Assembly: GCA_050253415.1 (NCBI GenBank)
Contig: JBFWJC010000002.1
Span: 640,725-704,724, forward strand
Direction of reading: 5' to 3'
Origin: Pedobacter sp.
GTDB lineage: Bacteria; Desulfobacterota; Desulfuromonadia; Desulfuromonadales; Syntrophotaleaceae
DNA: 64,000 nt
Position 1 is the stretch's first letter; each line of letters begins with the position of its first letter. The notes beneath the pieces were generated by a model, which was not told the origin of the DNA, did no database searches, and saw nothing but the letters and a program-made list of their open reading frames with translations. The position numbers and the translations under genes were made by a program. Below are positions 38,099 through 47,597 of the stretch, one piece after another.

Positions 38099-38938
38099 TC
38101 ACCCCAGTTCGAAACTGGTGATGCCGTAGATTTGTTCAAGCGGCAATACAGGTGGGGTGCCCCGGTAGATGCGGGCGGTTTCGAACACCATCTTCATGGC
38201 GTGACGTTCGACCAGTTGCTGTGCGGCCTGGTTGCAGACCGGGATGTCGAGAAACATCGGTTCGTCTTTCGCGAAGGAGGAGAGGGAACCGAACAGTTCT
38301 TCGGCGATGTCCGGAGTATCGGCAAACAGGGGGGCGATCTTGAAGCCCCGACGGCAGGGACGAATCACCCCATAACCATGCAGACGGCCGCCGGCCATAA
38401 CCGCCTGGCCATGGCTGCCGGGCTGGTTGATCCAGCTTTTCAGGAAGGCGGTGCGCGGCGCAGGGAAAAAACGACGGTCGTAGGAAACCAGTTCCGCGAA
38501 CGGCACATCCGCCAGAGCAACCAGATGCGACCCCGAGGCCCTGCCGATCCCCTCGTAGCGGGCGTTGCGGTGCGCGATTCGAAAACCGCTCAGGGCGTAT
38601 TTGTTCAACATGTCCACCACGCCGTCACCCCCGATGACCCGCTCTCCCATATGCTCCATCGCTGCATGCCATAGCGCCATGCCGATGCCTTCGTGACGCA
38701 GTTCGGGGCGCACGATGTAAAAGCCCATAAATCCGAAAGATTCATCGTAGGCAACCGCCGAGATGCACCCGGCCGCTTCGCCATTCACCTCCGCCATGAA
38801 GAAACCGCTGGGGTCGGCACAGTAAAAACTTTCCGCGTCATGCAGACCCGGATTCCATCCCTCCAATGCGGCCCAGTCTATGGCAAGGTCGACATCGGCA
38901 CGATTCATTCTGCGGACGGTAATGGTTGCTTTTTTCAT
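38099..38938 (-). CDS. GNAT-family N-acetyltransferase (tandem GNAT/YitH-like)
   Basis: AALEGWNPG, GFYIVRPELRHEGIG, KIAPLFAD, FETARIY. Confidence 0.88.
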   Translation of the reverse strand: MKKATITVRRMNRADVDLAIDWAALEGWNPGLHDAESFYCADPSGFFMAEVNGEAAGCISAVAYDESFGFMGFYIVRPELRHEGIGMALWHAAMEHMGERVIGGDGVVDMLNKYALSGFRIAHRNARYEGIGRASGSHLVALADVPFAELVSYDRRFFPAPRTAFLKSWINQPGSHGQAVMAGGRLHGYGVIRPCRRGFKIAPLFADTPDIAEELFGSLSSFAKDEPMFLDIPVCNQAAQQLVERHAMKMVFETARIYRGTPPVLPLEQIYGITSFELG

Positions 38939-39110
38939 CGTGAACTCTCCTGTTGTTGTGTGTCTTATTCAAGGAGATTCATAAGCACGGAGTGAGCTGG
39001 AAGGGAACGAGGGGGCTTGCCCCATTCAACACGTCCCCACATGTACATAGGTTTACTGTATTCGGGTTTATCCTTATTGATGTCGTAGACCATGAGAATT
39101 GGTATTGTCC

Positions 39111-39167
39111 GGGGACGTTGTTTATTAGTCAACTAGATAGTGTAATAGACAAATAAACAACGTCCCC
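39111..39167. repeat. 57-bp palindromic element, copy 1
   Basis: GGGGACGTTGTTTATT-AGTC...GACA-AATAAACAACGTCCCC with perfect 16-bp inverted arms. Confidence 0.9.
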
Positions 39168-39197
39168 AAGGACCCCAAATGGGATAAAAACAGCCCT

Positions 39198-39809
39198 TTA
39201 TTTTAATGATTCAGATAGTTGTCTTGGCCCGTCCCCATCCACGACGGCTTCTCCTTTTGTCAGAGCTTTCTTGAAATCAGAATCCTCAACCAGAGCATTG
39301 ATGAATTCTCTGACAATAAACGGATAGTTATCGCGAGCTCGCGGGATGGCAATAGCCCCGACAAAATTGGATTCCCATTCATGGGTCGCGGTCAGGACCT
39401 TATCGTAGACGATTTCCCCCTTCTCCTTGATGACGAGATTGGCAGAGATATGTCCGCTGGCAGTTACGAACGCTGTGTCGATGTCATTTTCCATGAGTAC
39501 ACCGGAAATGATGCATGTTGCATCGTCGGCAAGCAACCCGGCCTTGTAAAGTTCTTCTTCAAGTGCAAACTTCAGGTACGATCCGAAAGAATCATTAACG
39601 GATGACTTGAGTGGGTTGCCGCGGACACTGATCAGGTTCAGGTTACTGCCTGAGACAGAAAAATCACCAAGGGCCACTTTTTTGTAATGACCCTTTTGCA
39701 GAGGCTCGTAATTATTGATAGACGCTTCATAGGGGGGAGTCCGCATTGTCATACATCCGGTCGCCAGCAAGGAAAACAACAGAGCCATAAAGAGCTTAAA
39801 AAGTTTCAC
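39198..39809 (-). CDS. Hypothetical lipoprotein
   Basis: Lipobox LATGC after a basic and hydrophobic leader; GAGGA RBS; AT-rich codons. Confidence 0.8.
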   Translation of the reverse strand: MKLFKLFMALLFSLLATGCMTMRTPPYEASINNYEPLQKGHYKKVALGDFSVSGSNLNLISVRGNPLKSSVNDSFGSYLKFALEEELYKAGLLADDATCIISGVLMENDIDTAFVTASGHISANLVIKEKGEIVYDKVLTATHEWESNFVGAIAIPRARDNYPFIVREFINALVEDSDFKKALTKGEAVVDGDGPRQLSESLK

Positions 39810-39861
39810 AAGAGATCCTCAAGTGTATAGTTAATGATTAGCTACTGGATTACAAACCATC

Positions 39862-40833
39862 TTACAAATATAAGGCTGCAACCTCGATCGTATATTTATC
39901 GTTGGAATCATTACTTCCTTTTTGTAGCTTGCGCATAGTCTCCTTGATAAACTCCAGAGCTTCCGGTGTCCCTAAATCACCAATGGATTTCAACGCCATA
40001 TTTTTTTCCTGCCAAGGGGACGTTTGGTAAACCCCCTTGAGATAATCGAACTGCTCGATCGCGCCAATGGTGCCCAGGGAGGACAATGCCGCAATCCTAA
40101 CAACATCCTTCTCATGCTTAGTTAATTCGATCAGGTAAGGTATGGCGTGCTGGTTATTGCTGTATCCAAGTTTATAAACCTCAAGGTAACTCAACTCCGT
40201 AAAGTTATTTTTGATCCCATTCGCGATAGCATCAACATCAGCGTCGGAAATGTGGTAGTTCACAGTAAGCCGATTAATTTTGCTGGCAAATTCTTTAATG
40301 GCAAGGTCGATCGGGATGTTGTAACAGGGCTCGATAACTTCATTGAAACTCCAGACTGGAACTTTCCCGTTCTTGAAATAGGCGGTCACTCGGCTGATTC
40401 TCCCTTCCGCTACAACATCGGCGCTGATGGTCGTGAAGGTGAAGTAGGGCGAAAATCCGGAAGTCCGGTGGTTCCTGATCTGAAATTTATGCAGCTTTAC
40501 CATAACGCCTTCGCCAGTTTGACCGGCAAAGCTCACATTGGCCCCCCTCGCCTTAAGTTCTTTTGCAACATTTTTTTCAAGAAATGCTACCGGATCAATC
40601 GGTTGGCCCTCGTTTGCGAGAGTTGCCGGCAAAACGCCGACATGAAAATTCTGGTCGGCGGCCCGGCGTTCGTCAATGACATGGATTGATAGCTGATCGC
40701 TTTTGGCGTCAGTAAAACCTAAGGTAGAGGGGGTCGGCGTGGCCACTTTATAGTTAGCAGGTGCACAACCAATAGTCAGAGCAAGGGCGAAAATAATTCC
40801 TGCAAAAATAAGCGTTCGCAAGGTTCTGTACAT
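39862..40833 (-). CDS. Lipoprotein with C-terminal HEAT-like repeats
   Basis: Lipobox LTIGC; VRIAALSSLGTIG and MALKSIGDLG repeats; AAGGAGG RBS. Confidence 0.8.
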   Translation of the reverse strand: MYRTLRTLIFAGIIFALALTIGCAPANYKVATPTPSTLGFTDAKSDQLSIHVIDERRAADQNFHVGVLPATLANEGQPIDPVAFLEKNVAKELKARGANVSFAGQTGEGVMVKLHKFQIRNHRTSGFSPYFTFTTISADVVAEGRISRVTAYFKNGKVPVWSFNEVIEPCYNIPIDLAIKEFASKINRLTVNYHISDADVDAIANGIKNNFTELSYLEVYKLGYSNNQHAIPYLIELTKHEKDVVRIAALSSLGTIGAIEQFDYLKGVYQTSPWQEKNMALKSIGDLGTPEALEFIKETMRKLQKGSNDSNDKYTIEVAALYL

Positions 40834-40898
40834 TTAATCCTCCTTAAATGATGCATTGATCCCAGCAGGGATATTTAAAAAAAGATAAGGGGTTGTCT

Positions 40899-40954
40899 GG
40901 GGATGTTGTTTGTTAGTCAATAGATAGTGTAATGGACAAATAAATGACGTTCCT
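40899..40954. repeat. Palindromic element, copy 2 (diverged direct repeat of 39111-39167)
   Basis: GGGGATGTTGTTTGTTAGTCAATAGATAGTGTAATGGACAAATAAATGACGTTCCT; seven substitutions and a 1-nt deletion relative to copy 1. Confidence 0.88.
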
Positions 40955-41309
40955 GGGCACTTTCTCAACCCAGAACAAAGAAAAGCCGCCCACCGGACTA
41001 TCTCCGGTCAAGCGACTCCAACCCATTAACCCTGAGCGACCCACCAACAGCATGTTCCCTCCAGCATTCAAAACAAACAGGGCTTTAATAAATACCCTCA
41101 AACATTAGTGTTTGTCAAACTTTCTAATGTGAAATATCCCCATGACCTATCGATAGAGCTACTGTCTTCAACGCCGTTCACTGAGAAACATCAGCCAATT
41201 AAATAGAACCTCGCCGATCTCGATACCTCGTTGCCCAAACCTTCCACGCTGCTAAACTAATAAGAAATCACACGGAGTCTGTAACGTCTTGTTGATATTG
41301 GAGGGAAAT

Positions 41310-42671
41310 GTGATCCAACCTCAAAACGTCAAGCAGGTTTTATCCCGCCATTTGCTGACCGAGGGTTTCGACATCATCCTTGATCTGGACCGTTCGCAGG
41401 GCAGTTGGTTCGTGGATGAGCGCACCGGCGAGCGTTATCTCGATTTTTTCTCCATGTACGCGTCGATGGCGGTGGGCTACAACCATCCGCGCTTGTTGCA
41501 GGTGCGTGACCAACTGGGACAACTGGCGGTTAACAAGCCTTCCAATTCCGATGTCTATACCACCGCCATGGCGGAATTCGTCGATACCTTTGAGCGTATC
41601 GCCATGCCGCCGGAGATGCCGCATGTGTTCTTTATCGAAGGCGGTGCGCTGGCGGTGGAGAACGCCCTGAAGACCGCTTTTGACTGGAAGGTGCGCAAAA
41701 ACCTGGCCGCGCAACCGGGCAACGATGCCGGCAGTCAGGTGATCCACTTCCGTCAGGCGTTTCACGGTCGCTCCGGTTATACCCTGTCGCTGACCAACAC
41801 CTTCGATCCGCGCAAGACGAGGTTTTTCCCGAAATTCGACTGGCCGCGCATTATCAATCCCAAGCTTACTTTTCCCCTCGATGCCGAGAATCTGGTGCAG
41901 GTCCGTATTCTTGAAAACGAGGCCCTCGGGTCCATCAACCAGGTCCTCGAGGAGCAGGGCGAGGATATTGCGGCGCTGATTATCGAACCGATCCAGGGGG
42001 AGGGGGGCGACAACCATTTCCGCGCGGAATTTCTGCAGGGGTTGCGGCAGCTGTGCGATCGGCATGACATCCTGCTGATCTTCGACGAGGTGCAGACCGG
42101 CGTGGGGCTGACCGGCAAGTTCTGGGCGTTTGAGCATTTCGGCGTGCAACCCGACCTGTTGGCGTTCGGCAAAAAGACCCAGGTGTGCGGTATGCTGGCG
42201 TCGCGGCGAATCGACGAGATCTGCTGCCACGTGTTTCAGGAGCGTAGCCGCATCAACTCGACTTTTGGCGGCAACCTGATCGACATGGTGCGCTGCACCC
42301 ATATCCTGCGCATCATCGAGGAAGAGCAGTTGGTGGACAATGCCCAAGTGCAGGGAGAGCTGCTGCTGTCCGGGCTGCAGAAGCTGGCCGCCGAGTTTCC
42401 GCACCTTGTCACCAACCCTCGAGGGCGGGGCTTGATGTGCGCGTTCGATGCGCCCGACAGCCATACGCGGGACCAGTTGGTGAAGGCGTTTTTCCAACGG
42501 AAGCTGCTGCTGGTCGGCTGCGGTTCGCGCAGTATCCGGTTTCGTCCGCATCTGATCGTGACGGCCGCCGAGATCGCGCAAGCCATGGATATTATCCGCG
42601 ATGTGATGCGCAAGGGGGATTACGTGCATCTGGAAATAACCAAGGATCCCTGTCTGGGGATTGGAACATGA
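41310..42671 (+). CDS. lat: L-lysine 6-transaminase (class III PLP aminotransferase)
   Basis: NKPSNSDVYT, GALAVENALKTAFDWK, FHGRSGYTLSLTNT, EPIQGEGGD, DEVQTG, FGKKTQVCG, SRINSTFGG; GTG start. Confidence 0.9.
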   Translation: MIQPQNVKQVLSRHLLTEGFDIILDLDRSQGSWFVDERTGERYLDFFSMYASMAVGYNHPRLLQVRDQLGQLAVNKPSNSDVYTTAMAEFVDTFERIAMPPEMPHVFFIEGGALAVENALKTAFDWKVRKNLAAQPGNDAGSQVIHFRQAFHGRSGYTLSLTNTFDPRKTRFFPKFDWPRIINPKLTFPLDAENLVQVRILENEALGSINQVLEEQGEDIAALIIEPIQGEGGDNHFRAEFLQGLRQLCDRHDILLIFDEVQTGVGLTGKFWAFEHFGVQPDLLAFGKKTQVCGMLASRRIDEICCHVFQERSRINSTFGGNLIDMVRCTHILRIIEEEQLVDNAQVQGELLLSGLQKLAAEFPHLVTNPRGRGLMCAFDAPDSHTRDQLVKAFFQRKLLLVGCGSRSIRFRPHLIVTAAEIAQAMDIIRDVMRKGDYVHLEITKDPCLGIGT

Positions 42672-44266
42672 TGGGCGATTACCGGACACTGCTGGCGGAG
42701 AAACTGCGCGCCCGCATCGCCGGGCGGGTGCTGGCCGATGGCGAAGGTCTGCGGCCTTACACCCGCGATCAGAGCATCTACCACATCGAACCGTTAGTGG
42801 CGGCGTTGCCCGAGCATTTGGATGACGTATTGGAATTGGTGCGTTTTGCCGCCGAAGAGGGTGTGCCGCTTACCGCCCGGGGCGGCGGGTCGGGTACGGC
42901 GGGCAGCGCGCTGGGGGAGGGGATCGTTATGGCCCTGTCGCACAATGCATTCTGGGGGCGGCTTGAAGGGTTTGACGCCGGCGGCGGGCAGGCCAGGGTC
43001 GATTGCGCGGCGGGGGTGCTGCATAACGATCTGCAGAACTATCTGAAGCAGCGGGGCTATTTCCTGCCGGCGGATGTGTCGAGTGCCGATATCAGCCGCA
43101 TCGGCGGCAATATCGCCACCAAGGCCAGCGGTCCCCATGCCCTCAAGTACGGCTCCATCGACCGCTTCCTGGAGCGGGTGGTATTCGTCAGCGACCGGGG
43201 CGAGCTGGTCGACACCGGCGATGCCTCGAGCATCCCGATGCGTATTATGCGGCAACTGGTCGATCTGCAAAGCCGCATCCGCAGCGATGCCGGGGCGGTG
43301 AAGATCCTGCGGCAGCGCCAGGGGCGCAAAATCGCGAGCGGCTATAACCTGTTCGCATTTTTGGAGCCGTTGTCGCCGGGACAGTTGATCGCTCAACTGC
43401 TGGCCGGCAGTGTGGGCAGTCTCGGTCTGCTGATCGGTGCCACCTTGCGGGGCGAGATTTATGAGCGTCAGCGAGCGGCGGTGCTGGGGTATTTTTCCAG
43501 CATGGTCGAAGCGGGGCGGGCGGTGAATGCGTTACGCAATCTGCCTGTGGCCGCCATCGAAATCATCAGCCGAAAAACCGTGGCGGTACTGCAGCAGCAT
43601 ACCGACGTGCCGGCCAACATGGCCATGAATGCCCATCTGCTGTTGGTGGAATTGAACGGCCCCGGCTGCATGGAACAGGTCGAACGGGTTAAGCATGTAT
43701 TGGAGGGCAACGGCTTTCGCATGAGCGCGCCATGCCAGGTGGCCCTTGACGAGCCCGGCATCGAACAGCTATGGGCGCTGCGCAAGCAGATCCTGTGGCT
43801 GATTCGCCATCCCGAGCCGCATCTGCGCGCCCTGTCGGTGGTTAACGATGTAGGGGTGCCGCCCGAGCATCTGGCCGAATTCATTCATGAAGTGCAGAAG
43901 GTATTTGACCGGCACCAGATGGTGGTCCTTATTTACGGGCACGCCGGCAGTGGCAACCTCCATCTGCGGCCTTTGTTCGATGTAACCTTGCCGGATCTGC
44001 CGGGGCGGATCCAAAAAGTGGCCGATGCTGTGTACGAGGTGGTGTTTCGCTATGGCGGCACTATTTCCGCAGAGCACGGCATGGGGCGTTTGCGGGCGCC
44101 TTACCTGCAGCGCGAATGGGGCCCGGCACTGTATGGTTATATGCGCGAGCTCAAGGATATCTTTGATCCGCGGGGGATGTTCAATCCCGGGGTGGTGTTC
44201 AGTGATCGTCCTATCACCGAACACCTGCGCGATGATCTGGCTGACAAGGGAGGTGCGGCATGGTAG
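42668..44266 (+). CDS. FAD-binding oxidoreductase (GlcD/Dld/YdiJ-like 2-hydroxyacid dehydrogenase, no Fe-S domain)
   Basis: RGGGSGTAG, IGGNIAT.ASG, GS.G.LG, GHAGSGNLHLRP, SAEHGMG, FDPRGMFNPG; ATGA overlap with lat. Confidence 0.88.
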   Translation: MMGDYRTLLAEKLRARIAGRVLADGEGLRPYTRDQSIYHIEPLVAALPEHLDDVLELVRFAAEEGVPLTARGGGSGTAGSALGEGIVMALSHNAFWGRLEGFDAGGGQARVDCAAGVLHNDLQNYLKQRGYFLPADVSSADISRIGGNIATKASGPHALKYGSIDRFLERVVFVSDRGELVDTGDASSIPMRIMRQLVDLQSRIRSDAGAVKILRQRQGRKIASGYNLFAFLEPLSPGQLIAQLLAGSVGSLGLLIGATLRGEIYERQRAAVLGYFSSMVEAGRAVNALRNLPVAAIEIISRKTVAVLQQHTDVPANMAMNAHLLLVELNGPGCMEQVERVKHVLEGNGFRMSAPCQVALDEPGIEQLWALRKQILWLIRHPEPHLRALSVVNDVGVPPEHLAEFIHEVQKVFDRHQMVVLIYGHAGSGNLHLRPLFDVTLPDLPGRIQKVADAVYEVVFRYGGTISAEHGMGRLRAPYLQREWGPALYGYMRELKDIFDPRGMFNPGVVFSDRPITEHLRDDLADKGGAAW

Positions 44267-45609
44267 AGGAACAGGGATTTTTCTGGCAGCGGCACGCAGC
44301 GGCGGAGCAATTGGTTCTGGATGCCCTCGACGACCTCACCCGCAAGAACACCGCCCTTGCGAAATTGCGCCAGCGCCTGGCCGAGCAGGCAAGCTGCCGT
44401 TTATTCGATTGGGTCGATCACCTGCAACTGCCCGATACGCCAGAGCTGCGGGAACGTCTGGACGCCCTGCTTTTCATCCGACAACCCTATGGGGGACATG
44501 CGGCTTATTATCATCCGGGGGCCTTGCTGCCGGCAATGGTTTTGGTTCCCAATGTCATGAACGTCCATGGTGCAGTGGCCCTGCGCGTCGATAGTATCGC
44601 GGATTTTTTGCAGGCCAATAATTTTGTCGCCGCTATCGAGGGCAGCCCTTTCAGTCCCCTGCGGCGTGCCATGTGCCATTGCGAGGCCGGGGTAGAGTTG
44701 TTGGTGGTGGAGAGGCGCGGCAACCTGGGGTTCGATCCCGCCACCCGGCCCGCACATTGGTTGCAGGACTATCTGGCGGCCCTGGAATTGTGGCAGACCC
44801 GGCCGCGACTGGGCGCCGACGAAGATCGGTTATGGTTGGAGACCTTCCGCCGCACCGAACAGTTGGTGGCGCGGTTGGGCATGGATCTGGCCGCGCATGT
44901 CGTGTGCCGGGGCGAGCGGCGTTATTGGGAGGCACGCAATGCCGCCGGTCGCTTGCAGAAAAGCCGCCAGGATGTGCTGGGTCTGGGCTGGGGCAACCAC
45001 GACCATCATACCTTTCGCAGTTCGCGACGGCACTTTGCCCGCTTGGTCAAGCTGTTCTCCCGCCTCGGGTTTGTGGCGCGGGAGCGATTCTATGCCGGTG
45101 AACAGGCTGGCTGGGGGGCACAGGTCATGGAGAATCGCATCGCCGGCTTGAGCCTGTTTCTCGATGTTGATCTGGCACCGGAGGAAGTGGAGACCGATTT
45201 TTCCCGCGAGGAGTTGCCGGAGCGGGAAACCCTCGGCACCGTGGGGTTGTGGTGCGCCTTGCACGGCGACTCGATCTTCGCCGGGGGGATGCACCATCTT
45301 GCAGCGCGCTGCGATTTCGAGCGCCTTGTCTCCGACCTGGCCCGGTTTGGTGTTAAGTTCATGGCACCTTTCAGCGATTTTCCCTGGCTCAAACAGGCTT
45401 TCAGCGTTGGCGAGCGGTGGCCGGTTGATGCGGGTCGGTTGGAGATGCTGGTTATGAAAAAGCTGCTGAGTCGTGAACAGGCGGATAAATTTCTGGCTGA
45501 GGGCGCTATCGGCAGTCATCTTGAAAATATCCAGCGCGATGAAGGCTATAAAGGCTTCAACAAAAACAACGTCAGCGCTATTATCCGCAAGACCGACCCG
45601 CGCCTGTGA
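44260..45609 (+). CDS. Uncharacterised protein with DUF1338/HglS-like (VOC-fold) metal-binding motifs
   Basis: NHDHHTFRS, GMHHLAAR and GSHLENIQR...GYKGFN..N...I; overlaps the upstream gene; GGGAGG RBS. The coding call is firm; the family call is by eye. Confidence 0.6.
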   Translation: MVEEQGFFWQRHAAAEQLVLDALDDLTRKNTALAKLRQRLAEQASCRLFDWVDHLQLPDTPELRERLDALLFIRQPYGGHAAYYHPGALLPAMVLVPNVMNVHGAVALRVDSIADFLQANNFVAAIEGSPFSPLRRAMCHCEAGVELLVVERRGNLGFDPATRPAHWLQDYLAALELWQTRPRLGADEDRLWLETFRRTEQLVARLGMDLAAHVVCRGERRYWEARNAAGRLQKSRQDVLGLGWGNHDHHTFRSSRRHFARLVKLFSRLGFVARERFYAGEQAGWGAQVMENRIAGLSLFLDVDLAPEEVETDFSREELPERETLGTVGLWCALHGDSIFAGGMHHLAARCDFERLVSDLARFGVKFMAPFSDFPWLKQAFSVGERWPVDAGRLEMLVMKKLLSREQADKFLAEGAIGSHLENIQRDEGYKGFNKNNVSAIIRKTDPRL

Positions 45610-45752
45610 CCGGGCGGGTGGGATGTTTTTCGGCAAGACCAAACCCGTGGGTTATGCTATGGTTTGGCTTGGTCAAGCCTTTGAATTTGTTGTTATTAAA
45701 ATCACAAGTGATCGTTATTGCAAAATTCTAAACCACATTCTCAAAGGCTTAT

Positions 45753-45846
45753 TTAGCCGCAGATACACGCAGATGAACACCGATAAAAGCTTTCAGACCT
45801 TGCAAGCAAAAAAAGTTTGTATTTATCTGCGTCAATCTGCGGCCAA
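45753..45846. repeat. Intergenic inverted-repeat element built from CGCAGAT units
   Basis: GCCGCAGATACACGCAGATGAA ... TTTATCTGCGTCAATCTGCGGC. Confidence 0.75.
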
Positions 45847-45937
45847 GTGAAGGTTTTTATTGCAGGATCTAAGTGCAATCCAGGTATCCTGATTAATAAC
45901 TTCTACCCCACCCCTAACCAAAGATAATCGTCCCGCC

Positions 45938-46726
45938 ATGCAAGAAATCATCAAAATCGCTGAAGATGCGGCCCGCCAAGCCGGGGCCTATATTATCGAA
46001 GCCATGTCCGGTTTGCGCCAGGTTGATTACAAGGGGCGCGTTGACATGGTGACCAACGTTGATCGCGGCTCGGAAGCCATCATCCTCGAGTGCATCCGAC
46101 GGACTTACCCTGAACATGCTATTCTGGCCGAGGAAACCGGCGACAATCAGCTGAGCAGCGATTGGCGCTGGGTGATCGATCCTATCGACGGCACCACCAA
46201 CTTCGTACACGGCTACCCGTTCTTTTGTGTGTCCATTGCTGTGCAGTTCCGGCAGCAGACGGTCGCTGCGGTGGTGTTTGATCCGATGCATGATGAAATG
46301 TTTTCCGCTTTGCTCGGCCAGGGCGCGTTTCTCAACGGCGCGCCTTTGCGGGTTTCCCAGACCACGGAACTGTCCAAATCGTTGCTGGCGACAGGTTTTC
46401 CCTACGATCTGGGTGACCGCTGGCATCGCTCCATGGATTATTTCAAACTGTTTTATTATCAGACCCACGGGGTGCGGCGCGATGGCGCGGCGGCGCTGGA
46501 TCTGTGTTACGTTGCGGCGGGCCGTTTTGATGGTTTTTGGGAATACGACCTGAAACCCTGGGATGTGGCTGCCGGTCTGTTGCTGGTGACCGAAGCCGGC
46601 GGCAAAGTCACCGATTTTAAGGGCAACCCCAGTGCTCTTGGCGATGGCCAGTTGGTGGCCAGCAACGGTGGCCTGCACGATCGCATGCTCGAAGTGCTTG
46701 GCTCTTTACCTGCTGTGCAGGTTTGA
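45938..46726 (+). CDS. suhB: Inositol monophosphatase family protein
   Basis: ILAEE, WVIDPIDGTTNFVHG, RRDGAAALDL, WDVAAG. Confidence 0.92.
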   Translation: MQEIIKIAEDAARQAGAYIIEAMSGLRQVDYKGRVDMVTNVDRGSEAIILECIRRTYPEHAILAEETGDNQLSSDWRWVIDPIDGTTNFVHGYPFFCVSIAVQFRQQTVAAVVFDPMHDEMFSALLGQGAFLNGAPLRVSQTTELSKSLLATGFPYDLGDRWHRSMDYFKLFYYQTHGVRRDGAAALDLCYVAAGRFDGFWEYDLKPWDVAAGLLLVTEAGGKVTDFKGNPSALGDGQLVASNGGLHDRMLEVLGSLPAVQV

Positions 46727-46750
46727 ATTTAGAAACTTATCGGAGGATTT

Positions 46751-47557
46751 ATGACCAGCCCGCAAATGATTTACCTGCTTTCCGATGCGACCGGCGAGAC
46801 TGCTGAGAAGATCGTGAACGCGGTTTTGACCCAGTTCCGGGATAAGCCGGTACGTATGCGGCGCATCAGCAACGTGCGTAACGAGACTACCGTGAAGCAA
46901 GGCCTCGAAGAGATCATGAAGAACCCGGGGATGGTGGTCTATACCATCGTCAACCGGGATCTTGCGCAATATATTCAGAACGAATGCGAGGAGAGGGGAC
47001 TGATGGCCTTTGACCTGGTGACGCCGCTGCTTTCCCAGTTCTCCAAATTTTTCGGGCGCTTGCCTGGGCAAACTCCGGGATTGTTACACGAGATGGATGA
47101 GGAATACTTTCGTCGCATCGAAGCTGTGGAGTTTACCGTCAAGCATGACGACGGCCAGGAAGTGCGTCACCTGACGCATGCGGATATTGTGCTGGTCGGG
47201 GTTTCCCGTACAAGCAAGACCCCCCTGTCCACTTACCTGGCCCATCTTGGCTGGAAGGTCGCCAACGTGCCGCTGGTGCTTGGGATCGATCCCCCCAAGG
47301 AACTGTTTCAGGTCGATCCCAGGCGGGTTGCGGCGCTGTATATCGATCCGCAGCGTCTGGTGGAGTTACGTTCGGCACGGCTCAAAAATCTCGGTCAGGA
47401 CCCGCGAGGAGCCTACGCCGGGATCGAAGAGATCGAGGAAGAACTGCGCTATGCCAAGGTGCTTTATCGTCGCAATGGTTGGACGACGATCAATGTTTCG
47501 GGCAAGGCGGTAGAGGAAACGGCCCATGAGGTGCTGGTCAAATTGAAAATGAAATGA
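46751..47557 (+). CDS. ppsR: PEP synthase / pyruvate,water dikinase regulatory kinase-pyrophosphorylase
   Basis: [43 protein letters not shown]. Confidence 0.93.
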   Translation: MTSPQMIYLLSDATGETAEKIVNAVLTQFRDKPVRMRRISNVRNETTVKQGLEEIMKNPGMVVYTIVNRDLAQYIQNECEERGLMAFDLVTPLLSQFSKFFGRLPGQTPGLLHEMDEEYFRRIEAVEFTVKHDDGQEVRHLTHADIVLVGVSRTSKTPLSTYLAHLGWKVANVPLVLGIDPPKELFQVDPRRVAALYIDPQRLVELRSARLKNLGQDPRGAYAGIEEIEEELRYAKVLYRRNGWTTINVSGKAVEETAHEVLVKLKMK

Positions 47558-47586
47558 GGTGGTTTGTCCGCGACAAACCACCTCAT
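47554..47586. terminator. Perfect 15-bp hairpin between convergent genes
   Basis: ATGAGGTGGTTTGTC-CGC-GACAAACCACCTCAT; no clear U-tract. Confidence 0.6.
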
Positions 47587-47597
47587 CGTCATGCCTC

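Noticed and set aside
39002..39027. GGGAACGAGGGGGCTTGCCCC as a separate REP-like hairpin
   Set aside because: Short, degenerate and single-copy in this window.
39111..40954. The repeat pair as a CRISPR array or canonical integron attC sites
   Set aside because: Only two copies 1.7 kb apart, no cas or intI gene, and no RYYYAAC...GTTRRRY core layout.
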